From: Gammaproteobacteria bacterium
GTDB lineage: Bacteria; Pseudomonadota; Gammaproteobacteria; Arenicellales; JAANXG01
Length of the DNA: 64,000 bases
Assembly (NCBI GenBank): GCA_034520625.1
Contig: JAXHNI010000011.1
Coordinates: 41,794 to 105,793 of the forward strand
Reading direction: 5' to 3'
Below, in pieces: positions 1 to 12,294 of this stretch. A program made the translations under genes and the position numbers. Every line of letters starts with the position of its first letter. Positions within the stretch are counted from its first letter, which is position 1. A model generated the notes under the pieces. The model had not been told where the DNA came from. It worked only from the letters and a program-made list of their open reading frames with translations, and did not search any database.

Positions 1-1
1 C

Positions 2-670
2 TTCGTGTGCGAGGTGCGTACCGAGCGCCCGCATCAGCGAACGGCCTGGCAGCGGTTCCTGCCGACCGGGCCCGTGGCCTTCCTGCCCCTGGCCAACGGC
101 GGCTGTTCCGTCGTCTGGACCTGCGATGCGGCGCTGGCTGCCGAGCTCGAGGCCCTGGACGCGGCCGTATTCGGCGAGCGCCTGGCCGGGGTCTTCGACG
201 GGAAGCTCGGTGGCGTGGAGGTGGTCGGCGCGGTCCGTGGTTTCGACCTCGCCCGGCGGCAGGCGTCTTCCTATGTCGTCGAGCGCGCCGCTCTGATCGG
301 TGATGCCGCGCACGTCGTGCATCCCATGGCGGGGCAGGGCGCCAACCTCGGCTTCGGGGACGCCTGGTCGCTGGCCAGTGTGCTCCTGCGGGCGGAAAGC
401 GAAGAGCGGGATATCGGCCGGCGGCACGTGCTGCGCCGCTACGAGCGCTGGCGGCGCAGCGAGAATTTTTCCATGATCCGGATGCTGGATGGGCTTCACG
501 TCCTGTTTTCCAGCGATTCGGGGATCGTGCGCGGGGCCCGGGGGCTTGGGCTCGACGCGGTCGACCGCGGGAAATGGCTGAAGCATGTTCTGGCTCGGCA
601 GGCTCTCGGTGAGCCGGTGCCGGGGACATCCGGCGGGGAATTGCCGGAATTCCGGGTATTTCCCGGTTAG
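2..670 (+). CDS. FAD-dependent ubiquinone biosynthesis hydroxylase UbiI/UbiH/VisC family (5' truncated by window)
   Basis: AWQRFLPTGPVAFLPL, LIGDAAHVVHPMAGQGANLGFGD and LRRYERWRR motifs typical of UbiH/UbiI/UbiF. Confidence 0.88.
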   Translation, partial: FVCEVRTERPHQRTAWQRFLPTGPVAFLPLANGGCSVVWTCDAALAAELEALDAAVFGERLAGVFDGKLGGVEVVGAVRGFDLARRQASSYVVERAALIGDAAHVVHPMAGQGANLGFGDAWSLASVLLRAESEERDIGRRHVLRRYERWRRSENFSMIRMLDGLHVLFSSDSGIVRGARGLGLDAVDRGKWLKHVLARQALGEPVPGTSGGELPEFRVFPG

Positions 671-705
671 CCGGTGCGGCTGCGATCGTCACCATGAGTT
701 ACGTG

Positions 706-825
706 CCGGGTTGAGAACCGGCGACGGCGTATGGGGCCAGTGCCGGGGACAGCCCCCGGCACTGGCCTCCCCGGTCGTGCGGACCCTCAAACCGCTCCAC
801 TGCCCGCGGATTGCTGAATGGTGCA
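706..825. repeat. Core-less member of the dispersed hairpin element family
   Basis: GGGGCCAGTGCCGGGG-ACAGC-CCCCGGCACTGGCCTCC hairpin (733-770) matches the stem arms of the full copies. It is flanked by GGTTGAGA...CTCAAACC and by GCTGAATGGTGCA (813-825), which recurs at 58161-58173. Confidence 0.6.
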
Positions 826-946
826 AAACCTGCGGTGAGCTACATTAACGGGGCCCTCTGCCCGCTGCGCGGGTTAGGCCGTTCGGCCGTTCTTTGCGAT
901 AATGGGCCGGAGTACTTGAGCTGGATTCCACCCAACCGGAGAACTG

Positions 947-1408
947 ATGGTGCCAACGCGGAGTGAATTGAAAAAGGCCGGTCTCAAGACCACGGTCCCC
1001 CGCCTGAAGATCCTGGGCATCCTCGAGGAGACCAGCATCCGGCACATGACGGCGGAGGATGTTTACAAGGAGCTTCTGGATGCCGGTGAGGACATCGGCC
1101 TCGCCACCGTATACCGGGTACTGACGCAGTTCGAAACCGCGGGCCTCGTGATACGCCACAACTTCGAGGGTGGCCGGTCGGTATTCGAGCTGGACGACGA
1201 AGGCCACCACGATCATATCGTCTGTGTCGAGTGCGGCCGGGTGTTCGAGTTCTACGACAAGACCATCGAGGAGCGTCAGCGCAAGGTTGCTGAGAACGCG
1301 GGCTTCGTGCTTCAGGACCACTCCCTGCACATGTACGGGGTCTGCCACGGCATGAAGAAGAACGGCAAGTGCTCGATCAAGAAAAACGAGGGCGTCCTGG
1401 GCGGCTAG
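947..1408 (+). CDS. fur: Ferric uptake regulator
   Basis: LKKAGLKTTVPRLKIL, IGLATVYRVLTQFE, HHDHIVCVECG motifs. Confidence 0.96.
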   Translation: MVPTRSELKKAGLKTTVPRLKILGILEETSIRHMTAEDVYKELLDAGEDIGLATVYRVLTQFETAGLVIRHNFEGGRSVFELDDEGHHDHIVCVECGRVFEFYDKTIEERQRKVAENAGFVLQDHSLHMYGVCHGMKKNGKCSIKKNEGVLGG

Positions 1409-1428
1409 CCGCGCCTGAATAACCGATG

Positions 1429-3033
1429 TCAGTGAATTACGGCCCGGGACCGCCCTATGGCCCGGCTCAGCACCAGGATCGGCAGAATGCCCACCAGCAC
1501 GATGGCGATCGCTGACAGGGAGGCGTCGGCGAGGCGTTCATCGGAGGCCAGCTCGTAGGTGCGCACCGCCAGGGTATTGAAATTGAACGGCCGGAGAATC
1601 AGCGTTGCCGGCAGCTCCTTGAGGACATCCACGAACACGATCAACACCGCTGTCAGCAGGGCCCCGTTGATGCATGGAATATGGACCCGGGTGAGGATCT
1701 CCGACGGCCGATAGCCCAGGGAACGTGCGGCGTCATCCATGTGTGTGCTCAGCTTGGTCAGACCCGCCTCCACGGTCTGGAGGGAAACGGCGAGGAAACG
1801 CACAGTGTAGGCGAAAAGCAATGTGAACAGCGTACCGCTCAACAGCAGGCCGGTGGATATCCCGAACGCCTCCCGCATCCAGGTGTCCAGGGTCCGATCG
1901 AACCAGGCGAACGGAATCATGACGCCCACCGCGATGACTGTCCCCGGAATCGCGTAGCCCATCCCGGCGACCCGGGCCGACAGTTCCACGACCGGGGTGC
2001 TGCGCAGCCGCTTGCCGTAGGAAACCAGCACTGCGATCACCACGGCGATGAGGGCGGCTGCCAGCGCCAGGGCAAAGCTGTTGAACGCCAGGTGCCAGAA
2101 ATCCGCGTCCAGCATCTCGGGAGCGGTGAGCACCGACCAGTAGCCGAGCTGCAGGGTCGGCGCCAGGAAGCCCAGCAACGGCGGCACGAAACACGCCACG
2201 GTCGCCAGCCACGCCCGCCCCCCGTGCAGCGGTGTCAGCGACAAGGGCTGGGAGCGGTGACCGACGTGGTGATACCGGGCGCGACGCCGCGACCAGCGCT
2301 CCAGCACGATCAGGATAAATACGAACGACAACAGCAGCGCCGCGAGCTGGGCGGCCGCCGCGCTGTCACCGAGACCGAACCATGTCCGGAATATGCCGGT
2401 GGTGAAAACGGGAATACCGAAATACTGGACCGTGCCGAAATCCGCCAGGGTTTCCATCAGGGCCAGCGACAGTCCGGCGATGATGGCCGGACGCGCCATC
2501 GGCAGGCTGACCTTCAGGAAGCGGCGCAGGGGCCCGGCTCCCAGGAGGCGGCTGGCGTCGTTCAGGGACGGCGACTGCTCCAGGAACGCGGAACGGGCCA
2601 GCAGGTAGACGTACGGATAGAGAACCAGGGACAACATGACAACGGCCCCGCCCAGGGAACGGATGGGCGGAAACCAGTAGTCGTCCGCGGACCAGCCGAA
2701 CGCCTCCCGGAGTGCGGTCTGCGCCGGTCCCGCGTAGTCCAGCATCCCTGTGTAGGTGTAGGCAATGATGTATGCCGGCATGGCCAGCGGCAGCAGCAGC
2801 AGCCAGACGAGTACTTCACGGCCGGGAAAGCGGAACTGGGTGACCAGCCAGGCGGTGGTGACGCCGATGAGCAGTGTCCCGACGGCAACCCCGAGCATGA
2901 GGCTGAGGGAGTTGAGGATATAGTCCGCCAGAACCGTGTCCACGAGGTGCTGCCAGGTATCCCCGCCGCTGTGGAAGACATAGCTGAATACCACCAGTAC
3001 CGGGATGGCGAGGATGCCGGTAACCGACACCAC
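1429..3033 (-). CDS. fbpB: Fe3+ ABC transporter permease (FbpB/FutB); true start may be up to ~3108
   Basis: Two BPD_transp_1-like hydrophobic halves (LMETLADFGTV, KELPATLILRPFNF); downstream of the Fe-binding protein. Confidence 0.9.
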   Translation of the reverse strand: MVSVTGILAIPVLVVFSYVFHSGGDTWQHLVDTVLADYILNSLSLMLGVAVGTLLIGVTTAWLVTQFRFPGREVLVWLLLLPLAMPAYIIAYTYTGMLDYAGPAQTALREAFGWSADDYWFPPIRSLGGAVVMLSLVLYPYVYLLARSAFLEQSPSLNDASRLLGAGPLRRFLKVSLPMARPAIIAGLSLALMETLADFGTVQYFGIPVFTTGIFRTWFGLGDSAAAAQLAALLLSFVFILIVLERWSRRRARYHHVGHRSQPLSLTPLHGGRAWLATVACFVPPLLGFLAPTLQLGYWSVLTAPEMLDADFWHLAFNSFALALAAALIAVVIAVLVSYGKRLRSTPVVELSARVAGMGYAIPGTVIAVGVMIPFAWFDRTLDTWMREAFGISTGLLLSGTLFTLLFAYTVRFLAVSLQTVEAGLTKLSTHMDDAARSLGYRPSEILTRVHIPCINGALLTAVLIVFVDVLKELPATLILRPFNFNTLAVRTYELASDERLADASLSAIAIVLVGILPILVLSRAIGRSRAVIH

Positions 3034-3119
3034 CAGTGCGCTCCAGGGATGAACCCTGGAGCGCAGCGGGCGGGCCGCCGGCGCGCGGACTGTATCGGTA
3101 AATGCCAGGAAGGTGCCTG

Positions 3120-4145
3120 CTATTTCCAGCCCGCCCGGTCCATCAGCTTGACCGCGTCGGCGTTGTTCTCACCCAGAACCGAAAGGTTCACGCTGTCGGC
3201 CTTGAACGTGCCCCACTGTTCAAGGGTTTCGCTCCACTGTACATTCTCCTTCACCGGATACTCGTAGTTGCTGCTGGCATAGAAGGCCTGGGAATCGTCG
3301 CTCACCAGGAATTCGATCAGCTGAATCGCCTCGTCGACATTCCCCGCCGAGCGGGTGACGCCGATCCCGCTGATATTCACGTGGGCGCCGCGGCCGTCCT
3401 GGTTGGGCCAGTGAATCGCCATTTTCTGGGCCGCTTCGCGCTGCGATGCATCGCCCTCGTCGTTGAGCATGCCGCCCAGGTAGTAGGTATTCGCCACCGC
3501 GATGTCGCATTCACCCGCCGCCGCGGCCTTGATCTGGTCGCGGTCGCCGCCCTGGGGCGGGCGGGCCATGTTCTCCACCAGTCCCCGCGCCCACTTCTCG
3601 GTAGCCTCGACGCCGTTGGCGGCGATCATGGACGCCACCAGAGACTGGTTGTAGATGTTATTCGACGAGCGGATGCAGATCCGATTCCGCCACTTCTCGT
3701 CCGCCAGCGCTTCGTAGGTGGACAGCTCCGAGGGGTCCACCCGGTCGTTGACATACATGATGGGCCGCGCCCGCAGGGACAGGCCGAACCAGAGATTCTC
3801 CGGGTCCCGGTACTGTGCCGGCACCGCCGCCGCGATGGTATCGGACTCCACGGGCTGGAGCAGGTCCGCCGCTTTGGCGCGGTGCAGCCTGCCGGCGTCC
3901 ACGGTAATGACGATATCAGCCGGGGAACTCGTGCCTTCCATTTCCAGCCGTTTCAGAAGGGCGTCGGCATCCCCGGTTACCAGGTTCACTTCAATGTCCG
4001 TCTGCTCCGCGAAACGGTCGAGCAGCGGTTTGATGAGCGCCTCCTTGCGCGCTGAGTAAACGTTGACTTCCGCGGCTGCGGCGGCGGTGGCTGTGCCGAC
4101 CAGGCACGCCGCGAGCGCAGTGATGAAGGCCAGGCGATAGATCAT
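3120..4145 (-). CDS. fbpA: Fe3+ ABC transporter substrate-binding protein (FbpA/FutA)
   Basis: Signal peptide; EVNVYSARKE, SSNNIYNQSL, ANTYY iron-ligand tyrosines. Confidence 0.92.
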   Translation of the reverse strand: MIYRLAFITALAACLVGTATAAAAAEVNVYSARKEALIKPLLDRFAEQTDIEVNLVTGDADALLKRLEMEGTSSPADIVITVDAGRLHRAKAADLLQPVESDTIAAAVPAQYRDPENLWFGLSLRARPIMYVNDRVDPSELSTYEALADEKWRNRICIRSSNNIYNQSLVASMIAANGVEATEKWARGLVENMARPPQGGDRDQIKAAAAGECDIAVANTYYLGGMLNDEGDASQREAAQKMAIHWPNQDGRGAHVNISGIGVTRSAGNVDEAIQLIEFLVSDDSQAFYASSNYEYPVKENVQWSETLEQWGTFKADSVNLSVLGENNADAVKLMDRAGWK

Positions 4146-4186
4146 GAAAACTCTCCGGATATGGCTGTTTACGGTGAATGTTAGGA

Positions 4187-4215
4187 ATATTAATGAGAAT
4201 AGTTATCATTAGCAA
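4187..4215 (-). promoter_or_regulatory. Fur box overlapping a sigma70 promoter of fbpA
   Basis: TAATGAGAAT-A-GTTATCATTA (4191-4211) is close to the Fur consensus TAATGATAATnATTATCATTA; on the minus strand TTGCTA-N17-TAATAT brackets it. Confidence 0.88.
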
Positions 4216-4351
4216 GAGTTGCCGGAAACGTACTGAAGTATCGGCGCTTCGTCAAGCTAGAGATCGGGCGGCTTGGCGGCTATAGTTCGCCTAGTTCCCG
4301 GACCGGGCCCGGGCCGGGGTATCCAAAGTGACAGTGGGGAGGTGAACGACA

Positions 4352-4741
4352 ATGAGTGAAATACCCAGCGAACTGAGATATACAAAGTCGCATGAATGGG
4401 TTCGGCGCATGGAGGACGGGCATTTTGAAGTGGGGATCACTGATCACGCGCAGGATCAGCTTGGAGACATGGTATTCGTCGAGCTGCCCGAGGTGGGCAG
4501 TACGATGGGTGCCGGCGATGAATGCGCGGTCGTGGAGTCCGTCAAAGCGGCTTCCGACGTGTACGCGCCGGTGAACGGGGAAATCGTGGAAGCCAACAAC
4601 GACCTCGATGACAAGCCCGAGCTGGTCAACCAGAGTCCCTTCGCGGATGGTTGGCTCTTCCGCATTCGGCCCGACGACGATGATGACTGGAACGAGTTGA
4701 TGGATGCCGATGCGTATCAGGAACTGCTGGATTCAGAATAG
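4352..4741 (+). CDS. gcvH: Glycine cleavage system H protein (lipoyl carrier)
   Basis: [29 protein letters not shown] lipoyl-Lys motif; SD GGAGGT upstream. Confidence 0.95.
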   Translation: MSEIPSELRYTKSHEWVRRMEDGHFEVGITDHAQDQLGDMVFVELPEVGSTMGAGDECAVVESVKAASDVYAPVNGEIVEANNDLDDKPELVNQSPFADGWLFRIRPDDDDDWNELMDADAYQELLDSE

Positions 4742-4896
4742 CTGCGGCGCGACGCGCCCGATGAGCGCTCCCGGGCGGGCAACCCGCTGACCCAGGTTTC
4801 CCGCTACTGACGGAACCGTTCCTTCCATCCACCCATTTCATCACCACCGCGACGCCGGTTCAGGCGTCCAGCGTAACAAGCAACGGGGAGTTTTTA

Positions 4897-5835
4897 ATGT
4901 CGGTATTGATCTGCGGCTCGTTCGCATATGACACGATCATGGTGTTTCAGGACCGGTTCAAGAATCACATTTTGCCGGACCAGGTCCATATTCTGAATGT
5001 CTGCTTCGTGGTGCCGGAAATGCGGCGTGAGTTCGGCGGATGCGCGGGAAACATCGCCTATACCCTGGGGCTGTTGGACGGCGATCCGCTGCCCATGGGC
5101 ACCGTCGGCGATGACTTCGACCCTTACGCGGAGTGGATGGATCGACACGGCATTGATCGCACTCACGTCACGCCGGTGTTCGGGACCTATACGGCGCAGG
5201 CCTACATTACGACGGATCTGGATGACAACCAGATCACGGCGTTTCACCCCGGTGCCATGAACGAAGCGCACAGGAACCGTGCAGACAGCGTTGATGGCGT
5301 GGAAATCGGGATACTCGCCCCCGACGGCCGGCAGGCCATGATCGAGCATGCGCGGCAGTTCGCGGACCGTGGAATACAGTTCGTATTCGACCCCGGCCAG
5401 GGCCTGCCGATGTTCGAAAAGCCCGAGCTCGAGGAATTCATCGACGCCGCCACGTATATCACCCTCAACGACTACGAGAGCCGGCTGCTGCAGGAACGGA
5501 CCGGGCGCAGCCTCGAGAACATAGCGGCCGCAGTCCAGGCACTGGTGGTGACCCGGGGCGGGGAGGGATCCCGTATTCATGCCGACGGACAGGTCCTGGA
5601 GGTCCCCGCGGTCCCGCCGGGAACCATCGCCGATCCGACGGGCTGCGGCGACGCATACCGGGCCGGGCTGCTGTTCGGCCTGAGCCGGGGCCTGGACTGG
5701 GAAACCACCGGCCGGATCGCCTCCCTTGCCGGCAGCATCAAGATCGAAACCCATGGCACCCAGAACCACTCCTTTACACCACAGGAGTTCGCGCGGCGCT
5801 ACGAGGACAATTTCGGGGTGCCGTTGAATCCATGA
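4897..5835 (+). CDS. PfkB-family carbohydrate/nucleoside (adenosine-like) kinase
   Basis: GGCAGNIAY and DPTGCGDAYRAG PfkB signatures. Confidence 0.9.
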   Translation: MSVLICGSFAYDTIMVFQDRFKNHILPDQVHILNVCFVVPEMRREFGGCAGNIAYTLGLLDGDPLPMGTVGDDFDPYAEWMDRHGIDRTHVTPVFGTYTAQAYITTDLDDNQITAFHPGAMNEAHRNRADSVDGVEIGILAPDGRQAMIEHARQFADRGIQFVFDPGQGLPMFEKPELEEFIDAATYITLNDYESRLLQERTGRSLENIAAAVQALVVTRGGEGSRIHADGQVLEVPAVPPGTIADPTGCGDAYRAGLLFGLSRGLDWETTGRIASLAGSIKIETHGTQNHSFTPQEFARRYEDNFGVPLNP

Positions 5836-5857
5836 CGGTCCGCCCGGGCGCGGGCCG

Positions 5858-6355
5858 TCAGTCCGATAAGCGGCGCGGCGCCGGGCCCGGGCAGTCCCTG
5901 ATCAGGGAGGCGGGTGTGCCCATGCCGGGGATTTCCAGGCCGGGGGCGATCTCCAGCATCGGATACAGGACGAACGGGCGCGCCGGGACGCCCGGATGTG
6001 GAATTTTCAGGTCGGGCCGGTCCAGTACAATATCTGCATAAACGAGGAGGTCGAGGTCCAGGGTGCGCGGGCCCCAACGCAGCGTTCTGATCCGTCCACA
6101 GCGCCGTTCTATCCCGTGAAGCTCCGCCAGCAGCACCAGCGGCGACAGCCGGGTGCGTATCTGGACCACGGCATTGGTGAACGAAGGCTGGCTGACGCCT
6201 CCCATGGGCAGCGAGCGGTACCACGCCGAGCGCCGCACGGTCGTCGTACGCGGCAGCCTATCGATGGCCGCGATGGCGGCCCGGAGCCGCGCCGGCCCGT
6301 GACCCAGGTTGCTGCCCAGGCCGATGTAGGCGGTTTCCGGGGAACCGTAAGGCAT
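5858..6355 (-). CDS. folK: 2-amino-4-hydroxy-6-hydroxymethyldihydropteridine diphosphokinase
   Basis: AYIGLGSNLG, RWGPRTLDLDLL, IPHP motifs; start reassigned to ATG at 6355. Confidence 0.93.
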   Translation of the reverse strand: MPYGSPETAYIGLGSNLGHGPARLRAAIAAIDRLPRTTTVRRSAWYRSLPMGGVSQPSFTNAVVQIRTRLSPLVLLAELHGIERRCGRIRTLRWGPRTLDLDLLVYADIVLDRPDLKIPHPGVPARPFVLYPMLEIAPGLEIPGMGTPASLIRDCPGPAPRRLSD

Positions 6356-6421
6356 ATGTCGACGCAAGGGACGGACGCAGTGGATTGAAAATTCAACAAG
6401 ACACTCTATACGGCTTTTCAA

Positions 6422-7366
6422 ATGCTGTACAAGCAAAGCCTCATCGCCGGCGCGGGTTTCATACTGGCTTCCGAATTCCTTCTCGTGTCCATGGGGGCCG
6501 TGATCAAGACGCTGGCCCAGGACATGCCCAACGAGGTCATCGTTTTCTTCCGGAATCTGTTCGGACTGGCCGTGCTGCTGCCGTTTCTGGTCAAGGGCGG
6601 CCTCCCGGGGCTCGGGACGAAGGTGCTGCACCTTCACCTGGTGCGCGCCGCGGCGGGCCTGGGCGGGATGTACTGCTTTTTTTACGCCATCGGGCATATC
6701 AAGCTGGCTGACGCCATGCTGCTGAAGTTTACGGTGCCGATATTCATACCGGTGGTGGCCTGGCTGTGGCTGTCCGAGCGCTTCCACCAGCGGGCGGCGT
6801 TCTGCCTGTTTCTGGGTTTTGCCGGCGTCCTGCTGATTCTCAAGCCCGGCGGTGAGGTCAACTGGGTTTTGCTGGTGGCACTGGCCGGCAGTTTTTTCGC
6901 CGCCGTGGCCAAGACCGCTGTGAGGCGGTTGTCGCGAACCGAGCCCGCCGCGCGGGTGGTGTTCTATTTCGCCCTGTTCGGGGTCTGCGTTTCCGTGGTG
7001 CCCCTGGCATGGGCCTGGCGCGCGCCCACGGCGGACCAGTGGATCCTGCTGCTGTCCCTGGGGCCGCTGGCGACCCTCGGTCAGTTGTTCATGACCCGGG
7101 GGTATTCAGCGGCTCCCGCATCCGAAGCCGGTCTGTTCACATTCTCCGCCGTGCTGTTCGGCGCCGGGTACGGCTGGCTGTTCTGGGGCGAGCTGTGGGA
7201 CTGGCTTTCCCTGGCCGGGGCCTTCCTGGTGGGCACGGCGGGCGCCGTCATGCTGCGCGGCGAACGCGACCGGGCCGGGGCCATCACCCGGGATGAAGAG
7301 CTGGCCGTCCCGCTGGTGGAGGACGCGGCCGAGGCGAAAAAGAAACCCGGTTTCCCCCGCGCCTGA
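6422..7366 (+). CDS. DMT/EamA family transporter
   Basis: About 10 hydrophobic segments, EVIVFFRN and WLSER EamA-like repeats. Confidence 0.85.
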   Translation: MLYKQSLIAGAGFILASEFLLVSMGAVIKTLAQDMPNEVIVFFRNLFGLAVLLPFLVKGGLPGLGTKVLHLHLVRAAAGLGGMYCFFYAIGHIKLADAMLLKFTVPIFIPVVAWLWLSERFHQRAAFCLFLGFAGVLLILKPGGEVNWVLLVALAGSFFAAVAKTAVRRLSRTEPAARVVFYFALFGVCVSVVPLAWAWRAPTADQWILLLSLGPLATLGQLFMTRGYSAAPASEAGLFTFSAVLFGAGYGWLFWGELWDWLSLAGAFLVGTAGAVMLRGERDRAGAITRDEELAVPLVEDAAEAKKKPGFPRA

Positions 7367-7417
7367 TTTCGTCTCGCCATCTGCCCGCAGTCCGGTTTCA
7401 GAAATATTGCCGGAAAT

Positions 7418-7529
7418 GGGCCGGTGCCGGGGACCGTCCCCCAGGGTCGCTGTGAATACATCCGTGTACGCTCTGGCTCAAACGTCCCTGTTTTCGACAG
7501 CCCTGGGGGACGGTCCCCGGCACCGGCCC
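7418..7529 (-). repeat. Dispersed hairpin element copy 1 (TwoAYGGAY-like, two ANGGA loops on minus strand)
   Basis: Perfect 29-bp stem around the conserved core CGCTGTGAATACATCCGTGTACGCTCTGGCTCAAACGTCCCTGTTTTCGACAG. Confidence 0.9.
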
Positions 7530-7636
7530 TCCCGCCTCGCGAATCGGGTTAGAGAACCGGCGCCGTGGAATGGGGCCAGAGCTGGGTCGTATCGGGACGG
7601 CCGCCGGACCTCGAGGATCAATCCCGAGCCGCGCCG

Positions 7637-9403
<1,767 letters not shown>

Positions 9404-9542
9404 GAATGGCTCCGCTGTAATTGGCAAATGTCTGAAATCGGAAATCGTATCCGGTACAGCGCGCAACGATCGCTGCGACCGGGAGGTCGGCGCGGCTCTC
9501 GCCGGGTTCGCGCCGCACGCGAGGGCGGCCGTCCACTCCCCG

Positions 9543-11597
9543 TCATGGACCAGAGACGCGAAGGTTGAACGTCGACGGATCGGTAATGGGTTCGCTGCAG
9601 GCGGTTCCCCGGCACAGGTACGCGGTTGTATCCCCGCGATTCGTCATGCTGTCGATTATACCGGGCAACGGGCCCGGGGTCTGCTCCGGAATGGCGAATA
9701 CCAGCCGGTCCGGATGGTAGCCCGCGCACCGGGAGCGCCATTCGGCCATGGCGCCGGGCCGGCCGCGGATGACGATGGTTTCCGGCGGCTCGAGGTGCTC
9801 GCACAGTGCCTCCATGAGCGCCCCGTGGGCGGATGGGTAGCGGCCCATCATCCCGGACATGACCTCCAGAACGCGCTCCGCGGCCCGCAGATAACGGGCG
9901 TCGGCGACCAGGTGCCCGAGGCGCAGCAGGACCCGCGCCGCGATGCCGTTGCCGGCGGGCAGGGCGTCGTCTGTGCCGGGTTTGTCCCGGTGCAGCAGGG
10001 TTTCATGGTCGTTCGAGGTGAAGAACATGCCGCCGGTGGACGGGTCCTCAAAGTGTTCGAGCACGAAGTCCGCGAGCTCGATCGCCCAGTGCATCCGGCC
10101 GGTGTTCCAGTCGCACTGGTTCAACGTCAGCAGGGCATCGATGAGGAACACATAGTCGTCGAGATAGGCATTGAGGCGCGTGGCGCCGTCCCGGGTGGTG
10201 GCCCACAGCCGGCCGTCCCGCCACAGCGTCCGGTGAATGAATTCGACGGCGCGCTGCGCGGATTCCGTGAACGCCGGCTCCGCCAGCTGCATGCCCGCGT
10301 GGGCCATGCCCCGGATCATCAGTCCGTTCCAGCTCGTCAGGATCTTCTCGTCCCGCAGCGGACGGACCCGCCGGTTCCGGGCTTCGTACAGCTTGGCCCG
10401 GGCCGAGTCGAGCAACGATTCCACGGTTTCCAGCTCGACCCCGCCATGCTCCGCAACGATGGTGAGGTCGTTGTGGATGTTCAAATGCCATTTGCCCTCG
10501 AAATTGCCTCCGCCCTGAAGGCCGAAGCGGCTTTCCACCACGGCCCATTCATGCTCGTCCAGCAGCGACGTCAATTCGTCCCGGGTCCACAGATAAAACC
10601 GTCCTTCCTCGCCTTCCGTGTCGGCGTCCAGGGTCGAGTAGTACCCGCCCTCGGGAGACTGCATCTCCGCCATGACCCACCGGCCGGTTTGCAGCGCCAC
10701 CTCCCGGAATCGCTCGCTGCCGGTTGCCAGCCAGGCGTCCGCGTACAAGGGAAGCAACTGCGCATTGTCGTACAGCATTTTTTCGAAATGCGGAATTTCC
10801 CAACGGGCATCCACCGAGTAGCGATAGAAGCCGCCGCCGATATGGTCGAACAGCCCGCGCGTGGACATCGCCTCCAGGGCGTGCTCGGCGATGTCCCTCA
10901 GGGCGGTCCGCGGCCGGCCCTGCTTCGCGGTACGGTGCCAGAGGCGCAGGCAGAGACTGATGTTCGTGGGGTGGGGGAACTTGGGCGCGGCGCCGAACCC
11001 ACCGTTGACCGTGTCGCAGGCGCTTTCCAGCTCCCGGGACGCCTGGTCCAGCAGGGCGGGGTCCGCGTCACCCGGCTCGCTGATCTGGAGCCGGGCCATG
11101 GCATCCTTCATGGCGGAAACGTGCCCGGTCAGCCGGTCGTCCCTGTTGTTCCGGTAAAACTCGGCGACGCGTTTCAGGACATCCCTGAACGAGGGCATGC
11201 CATGGCGGGGACGATCCGGGAAGTAGGTGCCGGCAAAGAACGGAACGTGGTGCACGGGATCCATCACGATGGTCAGGGGCCAGCCGCCGGGCCTCTGGCT
11301 CAGGATCTGGTGGGCGATCTGGTACACCTTGTCAAGGTCCGGCCGTTCCTCTCGGTCCACCTTGATGCATACGAAGTGCTCGTTCATGAAGGCCGCCGTG
11401 GCTTCGTCCTCGAAGGACTCGTGCTCCATCACGTGGCACCAGTGGCAGGCCGTGTAGCCGATGGAAAGGAGTATGGGCCTGGCCGTGTCCCGGGCCAGGG
11501 CCAGGGCGGTTTCGTCCCAGGGCTGCCAGTGGACGGGATTGCCGGCGTGCTGCAGCAGGTAAGGGCTGGTTTCGTTCGCGAGTCGGTTGGCGCCCAT
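9543..11597 (-). CDS. Thioredoxin-domain YyaL/SSP411 (DUF255) family protein
   Basis: [46 protein letters not shown]. Confidence 0.92.
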   Translation of the reverse strand: MGANRLANETSPYLLQHAGNPVHWQPWDETALALARDTARPILLSIGYTACHWCHVMEHESFEDEATAAFMNEHFVCIKVDREERPDLDKVYQIAHQILSQRPGGWPLTIVMDPVHHVPFFAGTYFPDRPRHGMPSFRDVLKRVAEFYRNNRDDRLTGHVSAMKDAMARLQISEPGDADPALLDQASRELESACDTVNGGFGAAPKFPHPTNISLCLRLWHRTAKQGRPRTALRDIAEHALEAMSTRGLFDHIGGGFYRYSVDARWEIPHFEKMLYDNAQLLPLYADAWLATGSERFREVALQTGRWVMAEMQSPEGGYYSTLDADTEGEEGRFYLWTRDELTSLLDEHEWAVVESRFGLQGGGNFEGKWHLNIHNDLTIVAEHGGVELETVESLLDSARAKLYEARNRRVRPLRDEKILTSWNGLMIRGMAHAGMQLAEPAFTESAQRAVEFIHRTLWRDGRLWATTRDGATRLNAYLDDYVFLIDALLTLNQCDWNTGRMHWAIELADFVLEHFEDPSTGGMFFTSNDHETLLHRDKPGTDDALPAGNGIAARVLLRLGHLVADARYLRAAERVLEVMSGMMGRYPSAHGALMEALCEHLEPPETIVIRGRPGAMAEWRSRCAGYHPDRLVFAIPEQTPGPLPGIIDSMTNRGDTTAYLCRGTACSEPITDPSTFNLRVSGP

Positions 11598-11645
11598 CAG
11601 GCTATCGGGCCTCCGGTGGAGTCTGCGTCGATTGTGACCCGGCGG

Positions 11646-12179
11646 TCAGCTTTCCTCCCCGTTCTCCGTATCGTTCCCGGTGTCCATGGGAGGAGTCGTT
11701 TCCGGCGGCCCGTCCTGGTTGCCCACGAGATTGCCGGCGTAGGAGGCCGCGGCGCCGCTGCAGACCTCAGTGTCCGGACCGAAGGAGCCGGACAGCCGCG
11801 CGTTCCCCTGCGGGCCGCTGATACCCGCACGGCTCCGGAGCGTCAGCACGCACGGCGCCGTGGCATCGTCGGAGGTGGCGGTGAAGATGCAGGTGGTTTC
11901 ATAGGTCATCACATTGCCGTTGACGAACACGTCCAGGCTGCATTCGGAATCCGTCCCGGTAATCACCGCATTGCCGTCGGCGCCCACCACGACCCGGGTG
12001 GTGTCGGTCAGGAAGGTGGCGGTGCCGCCGATGTTGACATTGAACGTGGCCACGAGAAACCACGTCCCGGTGAAGGGGGTCGCGCTGCCGGCGCCGCCGG
12101 ATTCACTGCTGCCCCCGCCGCAGCCCGCGAGCGCGGCGGCCAGCGGCAGGAGCCATAGCCTGCGAAAAATGTGTTGCAC
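11646..12179 (-). CDS. Hypothetical lipoprotein
   Basis: Lipobox LAAALAGC followed by a G/S linker and a beta-rich domain with four Cys. Confidence 0.75.
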   Translation of the reverse strand: MQHIFRRLWLLPLAAALAGCGGGSSESGGAGSATPFTGTWFLVATFNVNIGGTATFLTDTTRVVVGADGNAVITGTDSECSLDVFVNGNVMTYETTCIFTATSDDATAPCVLTLRSRAGISGPQGNARLSGSFGPDTEVCSGAAASYAGNLVGNQDGPPETTPPMDTGNDTENGEES

Positions 12180-12294
12180 TGTGAAAAAGTACCCTCCGGT
12201 TCAGGCGCGGAATTGTGCCACATTCATCAGGGCAAGACGAACGAACCGTCAGGCGCGCTTCGGTAGAGTCGTAGTTTGCCGACAAGCGCAAAGG

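Noticed and set aside
4216-4351. Glycine riboswitch upstream of gcvH
   Set aside because: No GGAGA...CCGAAG...CUCUCAGG aptamer pattern visible
7447-7500. Hammerhead or HDV ribozyme in the repeat core
   Set aside because: No CUGANGA/GAAA core arrangement or nested pseudoknot recognisable on either strand by eye
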